This document shows positions 1-8,151 of a DNA stretch of 32,000 nt, piece after piece (position 1 is the first letter of the stretch; each line of letters starts with the position of its first letter). The stretch lies in assembly GCA_021650915.1 (NCBI GenBank), contig CP091279.1:630001-662000 (forward strand), in the 5' to 3' direction. Source of the DNA: Candidatus Brocadia sp. (GTDB taxonomy: Bacteria > Planctomycetota > Brocadiia > Brocadiales > Brocadiaceae). The translations under genes were made by a program, and so were the position numbers. The notes under the pieces were generated by a model that saw only the letters and a program-made list of their open reading frames with translations, was not told where the DNA came from and did no database searches.

Positions 1-159
1 TTGGAGCATCACGGCTTGGATAGGTGTCCGGACAAAGGGCTGCATGCCTTTAAAAGATATTGTGCAATGGGCGTGTTAGCTGCGAATTTGCACAAGCTGG
101 GAAACGTGCTGCAGGAGAAGGCACGGAAGCAGTGCGAAAAGTTGCGAAAAGCCGCCTAA
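1..159 (+). CDS. DDE transposase, C-terminal part (5' end outside the window)
   Basis: Frame 1 is open from the window edge to TAA at 157-159. The peptide LEHHGLDRCPDKGLHAFKRYCAMGVLAANLHKLGNVL has the HGL-x-R...GL...aaNL-K-l C-terminal pattern typical of IS5/IS1182-type DDE transposases. It is identical to the end of ORF 21846-22142. Confidence 0.7.
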   Translation: MEHHGLDRCPDKGLHAFKRYCAMGVLAANLHKLGNVLQEKARKQCEKLRKAA

Positions 160-360
160 GCAAGCAAAAAACACGAAGAAAAACAGTCTGCCGGGAGGCA
201 GGTACGCCCAGACAAGGCTAAAATAAAGGGGAAAACAAGGGAAATATGTAAAAGAACAGTATTTTTGCCAAAAACCCTAATCTCAAATCTTAAAATTATC
301 TATTGGTAAATAGAAAATCGACCTCGCACTTTTACAAAAAGTGCGTTTTCGTTCAGACAC
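1..360 (+). mobile_element. Right end of an IS5/IS1182-like insertion sequence (copy 1; the rest lies upstream of the window)
   Basis: 1-360 matches 21984-22343 at 357/360 positions, and similarity stops abruptly at 360/22343. It contains the transposase 3' end (1-159) and a ~200 bp A-rich non-coding tail with a terminal inverted-repeat region (319-351). Confidence 0.75.
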
Positions 361-458
361 TAGCTAATCAACAGTGTCATATATTTATATCCTTCTCCGG
401 AAAACTGACGATTAATAAGTACCCCGTGATAACAGCCAGGCACATCTATTTCTGTACG

Positions 459-500
459 CTAAGGTGTACCCCATTGTCTGTACAAGGGGGTACACCTTAG
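459..500. other. Perfect 14-bp inverted repeat (ctaaggtgtacccc / ggggtacaccttag) with a 14-nt loop
   Basis: Read directly: arms at 459-472 and 487-500. It lies 54 bp downstream of the speE stop on the minus strand. There is no U-tract on either strand, so a terminator role is uncertain. Confidence 0.5.
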
Positions 501-553
501 GTCTGGTATAAGTACGACATAGGGACGACATGTGTTTTGTAACTATTCGTAGC

Positions 554-1501
554 TTAAGGGCTTGTGGATTCTGTAGAAATACCGGGATAATGTTCCGTTA
601 GAGGATATTTGTCCCGTATTATGCGCTTTTGTCGTTGTATATCCGTCCGCAAATACTTTGGCAGATTAAACAAAGCATGGTGGGTAATGCTATCATAAAA
701 ACGAAGGTTGCCGATGAGTCTTGAATGGATCCTTGCATCAATTTCATCGCCCGAAATATCGAGGTTTGACGGATTGTGGGTTGCCATGGTAAATCCCCAT
801 GGTAATGCATAGGAAGGAATATAGGTAACATAGGGGAATACATGGGGGAAAACGTTACTGAGGGTATTGCAAATACTCGTGAATGCATCATTTTCAGAGA
901 CGGAGGCGGCACCCGAATGTACGATGAGTATCCCGTTTGCCTTTAGTTTATCCGCAATGACCTGGTAGAATTCCATCGTAAAAAGCATGTACGATGACCC
1001 TCCCTCGAGCGGATCATTTACATCGATGACAACCACATCAAAACGGTCCTGTGCCCGTTCTACATATTTTCTTCCATCTTCAATGACGAGCTCCACACGA
1101 TTATCATCAAATGCGCCGGCATGAAATGAGGGGAGATATTTTTGAGAACAAGCGATCATTTCCTTGTCAATGTCAACCATAACGGCTTTTTTTACCGATT
1201 TATACCGAAGCGCTTCGCGAAGCGTTGCTCCTTCACCACCACCTAAAATGAGAACGCTCTCGGCCCCAGGATGTAAGATAAGAGAAGGATGCACGAGTGC
1301 CTCGTGGTAAATAAATTCATCCATCTCTGCCGATTGAAACTCGTTATCAAGAATGAGACAGCGTCCGTAATTATAGGTGTTCACAATGATGATTTTCTGA
1401 ATCGAAGACTGCACCTGGCATACGACATCTTTAAAGGCATGTTTATGCACTTCGTAGTTGTTAAAATAATCGTCTAGCCAATGCGTTTGTGCTTTTTCCA
1501 T
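554..1501 (-). CDS. speE: Spermidine synthase / polyamine aminopropyltransferase
   Basis: 315-aa ORF with the SAM-fold motif LILGGGEGATLRE and the MVDID and VVIDVNDP motifs typical of SpeE. It sits directly downstream of an AdoMet decarboxylase gene. Confidence 0.92.
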   Translation of the reverse strand: MEKAQTHWLDDYFNNYEVHKHAFKDVVCQVQSSIQKIIIVNTYNYGRCLILDNEFQSAEMDEFIYHEALVHPSLILHPGAESVLILGGGEGATLREALRYKSVKKAVMVDIDKEMIACSQKYLPSFHAGAFDDNRVELVIEDGRKYVERAQDRFDVVVIDVNDPLEGGSSYMLFTMEFYQVIADKLKANGILIVHSGAASVSENDAFTSICNTLSNVFPHVFPYVTYIPSYALPWGFTMATHNPSNLDISGDEIDARIHSRLIGNLRFYDSITHHALFNLPKYLRTDIQRQKRIIRDKYPLTEHYPGISTESTSP

Positions 1502-1518
1502 AAAGACTGCTCAATATT

Positions 1519-1944
1519 TTATAAATAACTTCGCGTGTTAGAATCAACGATGCAGACCGTCTCTTTTGTCGGTTTGTCATTGCGAATGTTTTTCGATAAG
1601 AGGTCTCCTCTTTCCAGCTCTATAAGGGAGGTTTCCTGAGCATGAAATGCCCGCGTGATGAAGGCGGCGGCATTCTGTGAATTAATGGTGTTGCCGCATA
1701 TGAAGATATCCACAGCAGCGTATCCATACTCAGGCCAGGTATGAACTGAAATATGTGATTCGGCAAGGATTGCCACGCCGGTAACGCCATAAGGGCTAAA
1801 TCGGTGACATACCAAATCTACCAGAGTTGCCTTTGCAGCCTCTGTCGCCTTTATCAGAATGCTCTTTACGATATCAACGCTGTCAATAATCTCCTTGCCG
1901 CATCCCCATGCCTCAAGAATAAGATGTCTGCCTAAGGTATCCAC
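1519..1944 (-). CDS. speH: S-adenosylmethionine decarboxylase proenzyme (pyruvoyl-dependent, small bacterial/archaeal type)
   Basis: 141-aa ORF with the self-cleavage motif LAESHISVHTWPE and YAAVDIFICG. It ends 17 bp upstream of the speE start. Confidence 0.9.
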   Translation of the reverse strand: MDTLGRHLILEAWGCGKEIIDSVDIVKSILIKATEAAKATLVDLVCHRFSPYGVTGVAILAESHISVHTWPEYGYAAVDIFICGNTINSQNAAAFITRAFHAQETSLIELERGDLLSKNIRNDKPTKETVCIVDSNTRSYL

Positions 1945-2106
1945 TTTGTTATGTATTCCTTGTAATTTTGTATTTTCCCCGGTTCATTATTTCGCGTCAT
2001 GACCAGGGATCACGTACATAAAACGAATGGTACAGATTAAATGAACGTCAGATTCTAGAATGATTCATAAGACTTGTCAAGAATGAATAACGAAGGGAGA
2101 AATATT

Positions 2107-2135
2107 TTGACAATTAAAACTTCATTCAGTATAGT
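2107..2135 (+). promoter_or_regulatory. Sigma70-like promoter candidate for murC
   Basis: TTGACA (2107-2112), a 17-bp spacer, then TATAGT (2130-2135), about 115 bp upstream of the murC ATG. Confidence 0.45.
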
Positions 2136-2252
2136 CATATCGCTTATGAACCAGGCAAGAATGCAATGGATATTACAAGCCACATGAAAGGCATTTTACT
2201 GCGTCACTCAAAACCAGTCCACCACCTCATAGCCTGGAGCGGTTAACAAGAT

Positions 2253-3653
2253 ATGATGAAAACGTATGACGATTTAAAAAAATGTTCATATCATTTTGTC
2301 GGGGTAGGCGGTATCGGTATGAGCGCCATTGCCCAGGTGCTCAAAGCGCAAGGACACATGGTTAGCGGATCAGATAGAAATTTTGACAAACATATTACCA
2401 CCGATGTATTTTCCAAACTTGCAACTCAGGGCATCGCAATCCATCTTCAGAATGGGTCCGGTATCAATGAAAATACGGACTATGTAATTGTCTCTACGGC
2501 AATTGAAGAGGATAACCCGGACATTAAAAAAGCGCGTGCGTTGAACAAGGCAATTCTCAAGCGTGCTGCACTCCTGGCCGAAATGTTTAATCCGAGATAT
2601 GGAATAGCCATCGGTGGAACCAATGGGAAGACCACGGTAAGCTGTATGGTGGGTTACATCCTTGACAGCGCCGGCCTATCTCCTACGATCATTGTAGGTG
2701 GCTGCATCAAAAATTATGCGCACGATGCTTTTCTAGGCAATGCAAAAGCAGGGACTTCGAATATTATTTCTATTGAGGCTGATGAGAGTGATGGCAGTAT
2801 TATTTACTACACACCACGGGTGTCTGTCATTACAAACATTTCGAAAGATCACAAAACAATCGAAGAAGTCTCGAAGATGTTTCTTGTTCTTTCGCAAAAT
2901 ACCAAAGATACCCTTATTATAAATGCCGATTGCCCCTATCTTAAAAAGGTAGATTTTAACCACAAGAAGGTGCTTACGTATGGACTCTGTAATCCGGCTG
3001 CAGCCTTAAGTGCAAACAATATCGTGTATCAGCCATTTCAGTCCAGGTTCGCGGTAGATGGTCATCCTTTTCAGATCAATCTGCCAGGAAGCTACAATGT
3101 GTCGAATGCGCTCGCGGCAATTGCTGTGGCACGAAGTCTTCATATACCTGACGTCACGACATCTGTAGCGCTCGGACAATTCAAGGGTGTTCAACGCCGG
3201 ATGGATCTTATTGGGGAGGTGAATGGAATAAAGGTAATAGACGACTATGCCCATAATCCCGAAAAAATTATGGCAGCAATAACTGCAGTAAAACGAGGAT
3301 GCAAACGTGCAATTGCCGTCTTCCAACCACACGGCTATGGTCCCACAAACTTCATGAGAGAGGAACTTATCAATGCCTTCGTGAGAGTTCTTTCTCCTGA
3401 AGATATCCTTTTTATGCCTGAAATATTCTATGCTGGTGGCACAACCCGGCGGAATGTCTCTTCTTCCGATATTATTATGCGGGTAAAGGAGTCCGGTAAA
3501 AATGCCCTGTTCGTGGAAGACCGGCAGGATATTATTTCTGCAGTGAAAACCTGTGCCAGACCGGGTGACGCTATTCTTGTTATGGGCGCCAGGGATAACA
3601 CCCTCACCGAGTTTTCTCACAATATCCTGCATGTGCTGCAAAATGCAAACTGA
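2253..3653 (+). CDS. murC: UDP-N-acetylmuramate--L-alanine ligase
   Basis: 466 aa. The N-terminus HFVGVGGIGMSAIAQVL..GH.VSGSD is MurC-type rather than Mpl-type. It also carries the Mur-ligase P-loop GGTNGKTT and the EADESDGS, NISKDH and IDDYAHNPEKI motifs. Confidence 0.9.
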   Translation: MMKTYDDLKKCSYHFVGVGGIGMSAIAQVLKAQGHMVSGSDRNFDKHITTDVFSKLATQGIAIHLQNGSGINENTDYVIVSTAIEEDNPDIKKARALNKAILKRAALLAEMFNPRYGIAIGGTNGKTTVSCMVGYILDSAGLSPTIIVGGCIKNYAHDAFLGNAKAGTSNIISIEADESDGSIIYYTPRVSVITNISKDHKTIEEVSKMFLVLSQNTKDTLIINADCPYLKKVDFNHKKVLTYGLCNPAAALSANNIVYQPFQSRFAVDGHPFQINLPGSYNVSNALAAIAVARSLHIPDVTTSVALGQFKGVQRRMDLIGEVNGIKVIDDYAHNPEKIMAAITAVKRGCKRAIAVFQPHGYGPTNFMREELINAFVRVLSPEDILFMPEIFYAGGTTRRNVSSSDIIMRVKESGKNALFVEDRQDIISAVKTCARPGDAILVMGARDNTLTEFSHNILHVLQNAN

Positions 3654-3677
3654 ACAATTCTCTGCGAACGCCCTTGG

Positions 3678-4151
3678 TTAATATCTGAGATTATGACTGT
3701 GACAAATAGCAATTGCAAGGGCATCGGATGCGTCTCTGGACCCTGGAATTTCCGGCAGATTGAGGATGATCTTTACCATTTCCTGTACCTGCTCCTTGTG
3801 GGCATTTCCATTTCCTACCACCGCCTTTTTGATTACGGTGGCGGCGTATTCGGTAATGGGAATATTCGCAGAAGCCGCGCACAAAAAGACAATCCCCCGT
3901 CCTTCTCCAATCCTGATCGCCGACTTAATATTTTTGCTGTAAAAGACCTCTTCGATAGCCATCTCGTCGGGCTGGTGCTTTGAAATGATATCCATAATTT
4001 TTGTATAGATGGTGTAAAGTCGCTGAGGAAAGCTTTGATTCTTCCCGGCTTGAATGGCACCGTATTCAATGGTTACGATTCTTGCGCCAGTCTTTTCTAT
4101 TACGCCAAAACCAGCGACTTGCGTGCCAGGGTCGATTCCAAGAATTTTCAT
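3678..4151 (-). CDS. ruvC: Crossover junction endodeoxyribonuclease RuvC
   Basis: 157 aa. The N-terminus MKILGIDPGT..GFGVIE and C-terminal DASDALAIAICH are classic RuvC catalytic-residue contexts. Confidence 0.92.
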   Translation of the reverse strand: MKILGIDPGTQVAGFGVIEKTGARIVTIEYGAIQAGKNQSFPQRLYTIYTKIMDIISKHQPDEMAIEEVFYSKNIKSAIRIGEGRGIVFLCAASANIPITEYAATVIKKAVVGNGNAHKEQVQEMVKIILNLPEIPGSRDASDALAIAICHSHNLRY

Positions 4152-4369
4152 GAAGAGATAAAATTGAAAGCGGTGTCCTGAGCAAGAACACCGCCAGACT
4201 CAACGGATATTGAAAGCTCAAAGGCCTTCTAAAATGGTATATGAGATTTTTTAATTGTCAATAGTAAATATTCAGATAATTTTTACCCTTTGATTTTCAA
4301 TTTTTACCTATATAATAAAGCCATTCTTTTTTTCGTGCTAAAAATCATGATTTCCAATTGTAATCGTTA

Positions 4370-5290
4370 ATGTCATCTGTAAACCTGTCTGTCAGTTTAG
4401 GAAATATCCAACTAACCAATCCCACGATCCTGGCATCTGGTGTATTGGGCACGACTAAGGCATTATTAAAGAGGGTGGCCGAAAATGGCGCTGGCGCTGT
4501 AACGATTAAATCTATTAGCAGAGAACCCCGTGAAGGCCACAAAAACCCTACGGTTATTACTTTCGAGGCGGGGATGCTGAATGCTGTGGGCTATTCAAAT
4601 CCGGGCGTAGTCGCGGCTGCCAGGGAGTTTTCCGGTTTACAGGAGGTAAAGGTACCGGTAATTGCAAGTGTCATTGGCACCCAGAAAGAGGATTTTGCCC
4701 ATGTTGTCGAAGGTCTCTCCGGATCAAAATTTTCAGCCATTGAGATACCCCTTTCCTGCCCTCATACTCCCGGATTTGGGCTTCTCGCAGGACAGGGGAC
4801 TCCCGACGCCACATTTGCCATAACTTCTGAGGTAAGAAAAGTTACTAAATTGCCCATATTTATTAAACTATCTCCCAATATTCCGGAAATCTGTACGATT
4901 GCAAGGGCAGCTGAGGATGCCGGTGCCGATGCCATTACCGCCGTGAATTCCATGGGGCCCGGTATGATTATCAATATAGAGGCTCAACGGCCTATTTTAA
5001 GCTTTCAGGTGGGCGGTGTAACCGGAGATGCTTTACGACCGATTGCTGTACGGTGCGTGTTTGATTTATACAAGACCATTAAGATTCCTATTATTGGAGT
5101 GGGTGGCATTTCAACCGGACGGCATGCCATTGAAATGATGATGGCAGGGGCTTCCGCCATAGGAATAGGCACGGGGGTTTTTTATCGCGGTATTGAAGTT
5201 TTTCAGAAGGTATGCGATGAAATGTCTCAGTGGATGCAAGAGAACGGTGTTCGTGACATTCGCAGTATAGTAGGCATTGCCCATGATTGA
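4370..5290 (+). CDS. pyrD: Dihydroorotate dehydrogenase, class 1B catalytic subunit
   Basis: 306 aa with LTNPTILASG, NAVGYSNPG, IEIPLSCPH and GVGGISTG..A.EMMMAGASA motifs. It is followed by an overlapping PyrK-type gene. Confidence 0.92.
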   Translation: MSSVNLSVSLGNIQLTNPTILASGVLGTTKALLKRVAENGAGAVTIKSISREPREGHKNPTVITFEAGMLNAVGYSNPGVVAAAREFSGLQEVKVPVIASVIGTQKEDFAHVVEGLSGSKFSAIEIPLSCPHTPGFGLLAGQGTPDATFAITSEVRKVTKLPIFIKLSPNIPEICTIARAAEDAGADAITAVNSMGPGMIINIEAQRPILSFQVGGVTGDALRPIAVRCVFDLYKTIKIPIIGVGGISTGRHAIEMMMAGASAIGIGTGVFYRGIEVFQKVCDEMSQWMQENGVRDIRSIVGIAHD

Positions 5291-6065
5291 GCAGCCCAGG
5301 ATGATAAAAATTTGTGATATTCTAGAAGAGTCTCCAAAGGTAAAAACATTCTTTTTCAAAATGAATTTGCAGTTTATTCCGGGACAATTTGTTATGGCCT
5401 GGATTCCCATGCTTGATGAAAAACCCTTTACCATATCTTATATTCAGAAAGATATTATGGGTATCTCTGTCTTAAAAAGAGGGGAATTTACTCAGGCGCT
5501 TCACCAGAAAAAAATCGGGGATATCCTCGGAATACGAGGCCCCTACGGCAAAGGCTTTCATTTTCAAACCGACTTAAACCTCTGTATTGTTGGAGGTGGG
5601 ATTGGTATGGCATCTTTGGCAACCGTTGTGGACAGGTACCGCAATGTAACTATTATACAAGGGGGAAGAACTGCTTCGGAAATAATCTATCAAAAACGAT
5701 TTCCTGAAATGCAGTTATGTACCGATGACGGCAGTGCCGGTTTTAAAGGGACGACCGTTGATTTATTAAGAGGATTGCTCACAACACAAACCTTTGACAA
5801 AGTCTATACTTGTGGACCGGAGAGAATGATGGATAAGGTGGCTGAGTTATGTAAAAACCACGGCATTGATTGCGAAGTTTCTCTTGACCGGTATATGAAA
5901 TGTGGCTTTGGGGTATGCGGCCAATGTGACTGCAGCGGCCAGCGGGTATGTATCGATGGCCCGGTATTTACCACAAAGGAATTATGCAGGATGGAAGACT
6001 TTGGTAAAACAACTATACTGAAAACGGGAGAGAGGGTTATTCTTCATAACCACGAAGGACATTGA
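5277..6065 (+). CDS. pyrK: Dihydroorotate dehydrogenase electron-transfer subunit (FAD / 2Fe-2S)
   Basis: 262 aa with the C-terminal cluster motif CGFGVCGQCDC...C, a CGPERMM motif and an FNR-like fold. It overlaps the pyrD end by 14 nt. An alternative start is ATG 5283. Confidence 0.88.
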   Translation: MPMIEQPRMIKICDILEESPKVKTFFFKMNLQFIPGQFVMAWIPMLDEKPFTISYIQKDIMGISVLKRGEFTQALHQKKIGDILGIRGPYGKGFHFQTDLNLCIVGGGIGMASLATVVDRYRNVTIIQGGRTASEIIYQKRFPEMQLCTDDGSAGFKGTTVDLLRGLLTTQTFDKVYTCGPERMMDKVAELCKNHGIDCEVSLDRYMKCGFGVCGQCDCSGQRVCIDGPVFTTKELCRMEDFGKTTILKTGERVILHNHEGH

Positions 6066-6226
6066 TACGGAAGACTTTTGTTTCCTCACGGACGAAGAGC
6101 AAATGAAAAAGATTGTCATTTGCGGGATGTCAGTAGATACCGGATACTCAGTTCAAGCTTCGTACCAAGCTTAGACTTGTGCGATAGTTTCATTCGCATT
6201 ATCGGGTGTTTCTTGTTGCTTAATCA

Positions 6227-7186
6227 TTACGCTTCGAGAACCGTTCCTATTTCTTTATTCATCTTCACTATTGCCTCCTCTGTGGCGCTTTTCCATGAAC
6301 TTACGCCGTATTTTTCCTTCCAGGGGGAAACGGTGTATGCATAAAGAATGGACCGGGAGGCATTGATAATTGCCCCCAAGCCATCCGGATTGAAGCAATA
6401 TCCGATATCTTTTACGGTAGCGCCCTGGGCGCCGTACCCGGGTACAAGAAAATAAGCCGTGGGCATAATTTTTCTCAATATTGATATCTCACGTGAAAAG
6501 GTAGCCCCGACAACGGCTCCAACGGCGCTGTATCCCTGTTTACCAACAAAATCTTTGCCCCAGGCGTGAGTCTTTTCCGCTATAATTTCATGGAGTTTTT
6601 TCTCTCCGCACGTAAGGTCCTGAAATTCTCCGGAGTCTGGATTTGATGTTTTTACAAGGACAAATATGCCTTTCCTATGCTTTTGCGCCGTCTGGATAAA
6701 GGGGAGCAAACTGTCGGTTCCCAGGTATGGATTAACGGTTATGGCATCTGCGCCGAATGGAACTTCAACGGCATGGTTTACATGCACATCTCCAATATGA
6801 GCATTGGCGTATGCTTCAGCGGTACTCGGTACATCACTTCTTTTAACATCTCCAATTACGATCAACCCTTTTCGCTTGGCGTACTGAATGGTTTCTGTAT
6901 AGGCCCAAATTCCCCACCAGCCATAAAGTTCGTAAAATGCAATCTGGGGTTTAACAATATTCACAAAGGGTGCGATAAGGTCGATAACCTGGATATTAAA
7001 TTCCAGGATAACGCGGGATGCATATTCAAGGGCTTGTTTTCGTGAAGGGGAGAACTTCTGCTTGATGGTATCGGGGATAAGGTGAAAATAGGGGTCTAAT
7101 CCTACCACCACACAGCTATTTTTCTCGAAGATGGCCGTAATAAGCTGGTCGGCAAAATTGTCTTTGCTGTCAGAGTCTCCAGCCAA
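6227..7186 (-). CDS. pyrF: Orotidine 5'-phosphate decarboxylase, long (type 2) form
   Basis: 319 aa with VVVGLDP near the N-terminus, a DVKR.D motif (IGDVKRSDV) and LVPGYGAQG. There is no in-frame ATG upstream of the conserved N-terminus, so the apparent start is TTG at 7186. Confidence 0.85.
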   Translation of the reverse strand: MAGDSDSKDNFADQLITAIFEKNSCVVVGLDPYFHLIPDTIKQKFSPSRKQALEYASRVILEFNIQVIDLIAPFVNIVKPQIAFYELYGWWGIWAYTETIQYAKRKGLIVIGDVKRSDVPSTAEAYANAHIGDVHVNHAVEVPFGADAITVNPYLGTDSLLPFIQTAQKHRKGIFVLVKTSNPDSGEFQDLTCGEKKLHEIIAEKTHAWGKDFVGKQGYSAVGAVVGATFSREISILRKIMPTAYFLVPGYGAQGATVKDIGYCFNPDGLGAIINASRSILYAYTVSPWKEKYGVSSWKSATEEAIVKMNKEIGTVLEA

Positions 7187-7221
7187 ATTTGTTTCCCTTT
7201 ATTCAGATGTTTTTTGCGTAA

Positions 7222-7785
7222 TCAGAGTGATAAAAAATTTTTAAGAAGTTTTGGCCCTTCTGCGGTTAAAAAGGATTCGGGATGAAACTGTACCCCTTCT
7301 AAGGAACATTCTTTGTGGCGGATACCCATGATTTCATCGTCGTCTGCTCTGGCAGTAACCTCAAGGCAGTCAGGGAGAGAGCCTTCTTTGACAATAAGTG
7401 AATGGTACCGTGTTGCCTCAAAAGGATTGGAAAGGCCGCGATAAATCGTTTTACTATCATGCTTAATCAGGGATGTCTTGCCGTGCATGAGCCTCCGGGC
7501 ACGGACAACGTCCGCTCCATAAGTGTGTGCAATGCATTGATGTCCAAGGCAGACCCCGAGGATGGGTATCTTGCCGGTAAACTGTTTTATGATGTCATTA
7601 GAAATGCCCGCTTCCTTGGGAGTACAAGGCCCGGGTGATATGATAATATGATCAGGATGTCTTCGTGCTATCTCGTCAAGGCTAATCTTGTCATTTCTAA
7701 AGACTTCCATCTTTACGCCAAATGCGCCGATTTGCTGTACAAGATTATACGTGAAGGAGTCGTAATTATCAATAATAAGTACCAT
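7222..7785 (-). CDS. trpG: Class I glutamine amidotransferase, anthranilate / aminodeoxychorismate synthase component II
   Basis: 187 aa with [13 protein letters not shown], the GVCLGHQ nucleophile-elbow cysteine and GVQFHPES. TrpG and PabA cannot be told apart from sequence alone. There is no trpE or pabB neighbour. Confidence 0.85.
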   Translation of the reverse strand: MVLIIDNYDSFTYNLVQQIGAFGVKMEVFRNDKISLDEIARRHPDHIIISPGPCTPKEAGISNDIIKQFTGKIPILGVCLGHQCIAHTYGADVVRARRLMHGKTSLIKHDSKTIYRGLSNPFEATRYHSLIVKEGSLPDCLEVTARADDDEIMGIRHKECSLEGVQFHPESFLTAEGPKLLKNFLSL

Positions 7786-7905
7786 ATTATTTTATCTCTC
7801 CGGATGGAGATATTAACAAAATAAATTTTGAATATCAAAGGGATTTTCAATAGTGAATCAGCGTTTGCGCTACGCTGATGTAAATATTTCTACAATAAAA
7901 ACAAC

Positions 7906-7934
7906 TTGACAACAAGAGTTTTTTTTGTTAAATT
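7906..7934 (+). promoter_or_regulatory. Sigma70-like promoter candidate upstream of the nusA leader
   Basis: TTGACA (7906-7911), an exact 17-bp spacer, then TAAATT (7929-7934). Confidence 0.45.
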
Positions 7935-8049
7935 TTTGAACAATCTAAAGAGCGTCGGCCAATCAATGGGCTACTGGGATAGGGTAAATATGGTATTCGT
8001 TCTGCATTTTCCGTAATTGTTGCAGGCTGGCTTGTTGAGTGTCAATTGC

Positions 8050-8079
8050 AAAAGTGGGGATAACCCACTTTTTTGTTTT
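8050..8079 (+). terminator. Intrinsic terminator-like hairpin in the nusA leader
   Basis: Stem aaaagtggg (8050-8058), loop gataa, stem cccactttt (8064-8072), running into ttttttgtttt. It lies 73 bp upstream of the nusA ATG. Confidence 0.5.
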
Positions 8080-8151
8080 AAGGATAAGATATTTCCTTAA
8101 AAAAATACATCAGTCAACATTGAATTGGCTGAATTAATAAAAAAGGCATGT

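Noticed and set aside
303-500. 65-aa ORF spanning the IS terminus and the 459-500 hairpin
   Set aside because: It crosses the IS/flank boundary at 360 and the inverted repeat. It is most simply a chance ORF in AT-rich DNA.
539-549. 11-mer gtaactattcg identical to the core of the IS66 terminal repeat, just before the speE stop
   Set aside because: Similarity does not extend beyond 11 nt on either side. The IS-inward direction would run into the intact speE gene. I treat it as chance or an unprovable relic.
3006-3641. 211-aa minus-strand ORF
   Set aside because: It is antisense to murC, which has clear Mur-ligase motifs. No recognisable features.
6078-6344. 88-aa plus-strand ORF between pyrK and pyrF
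   Set aside because: It overlaps the 3' end of pyrF on the opposite strand. Its composition is implausible and it has no ribosome-binding site.
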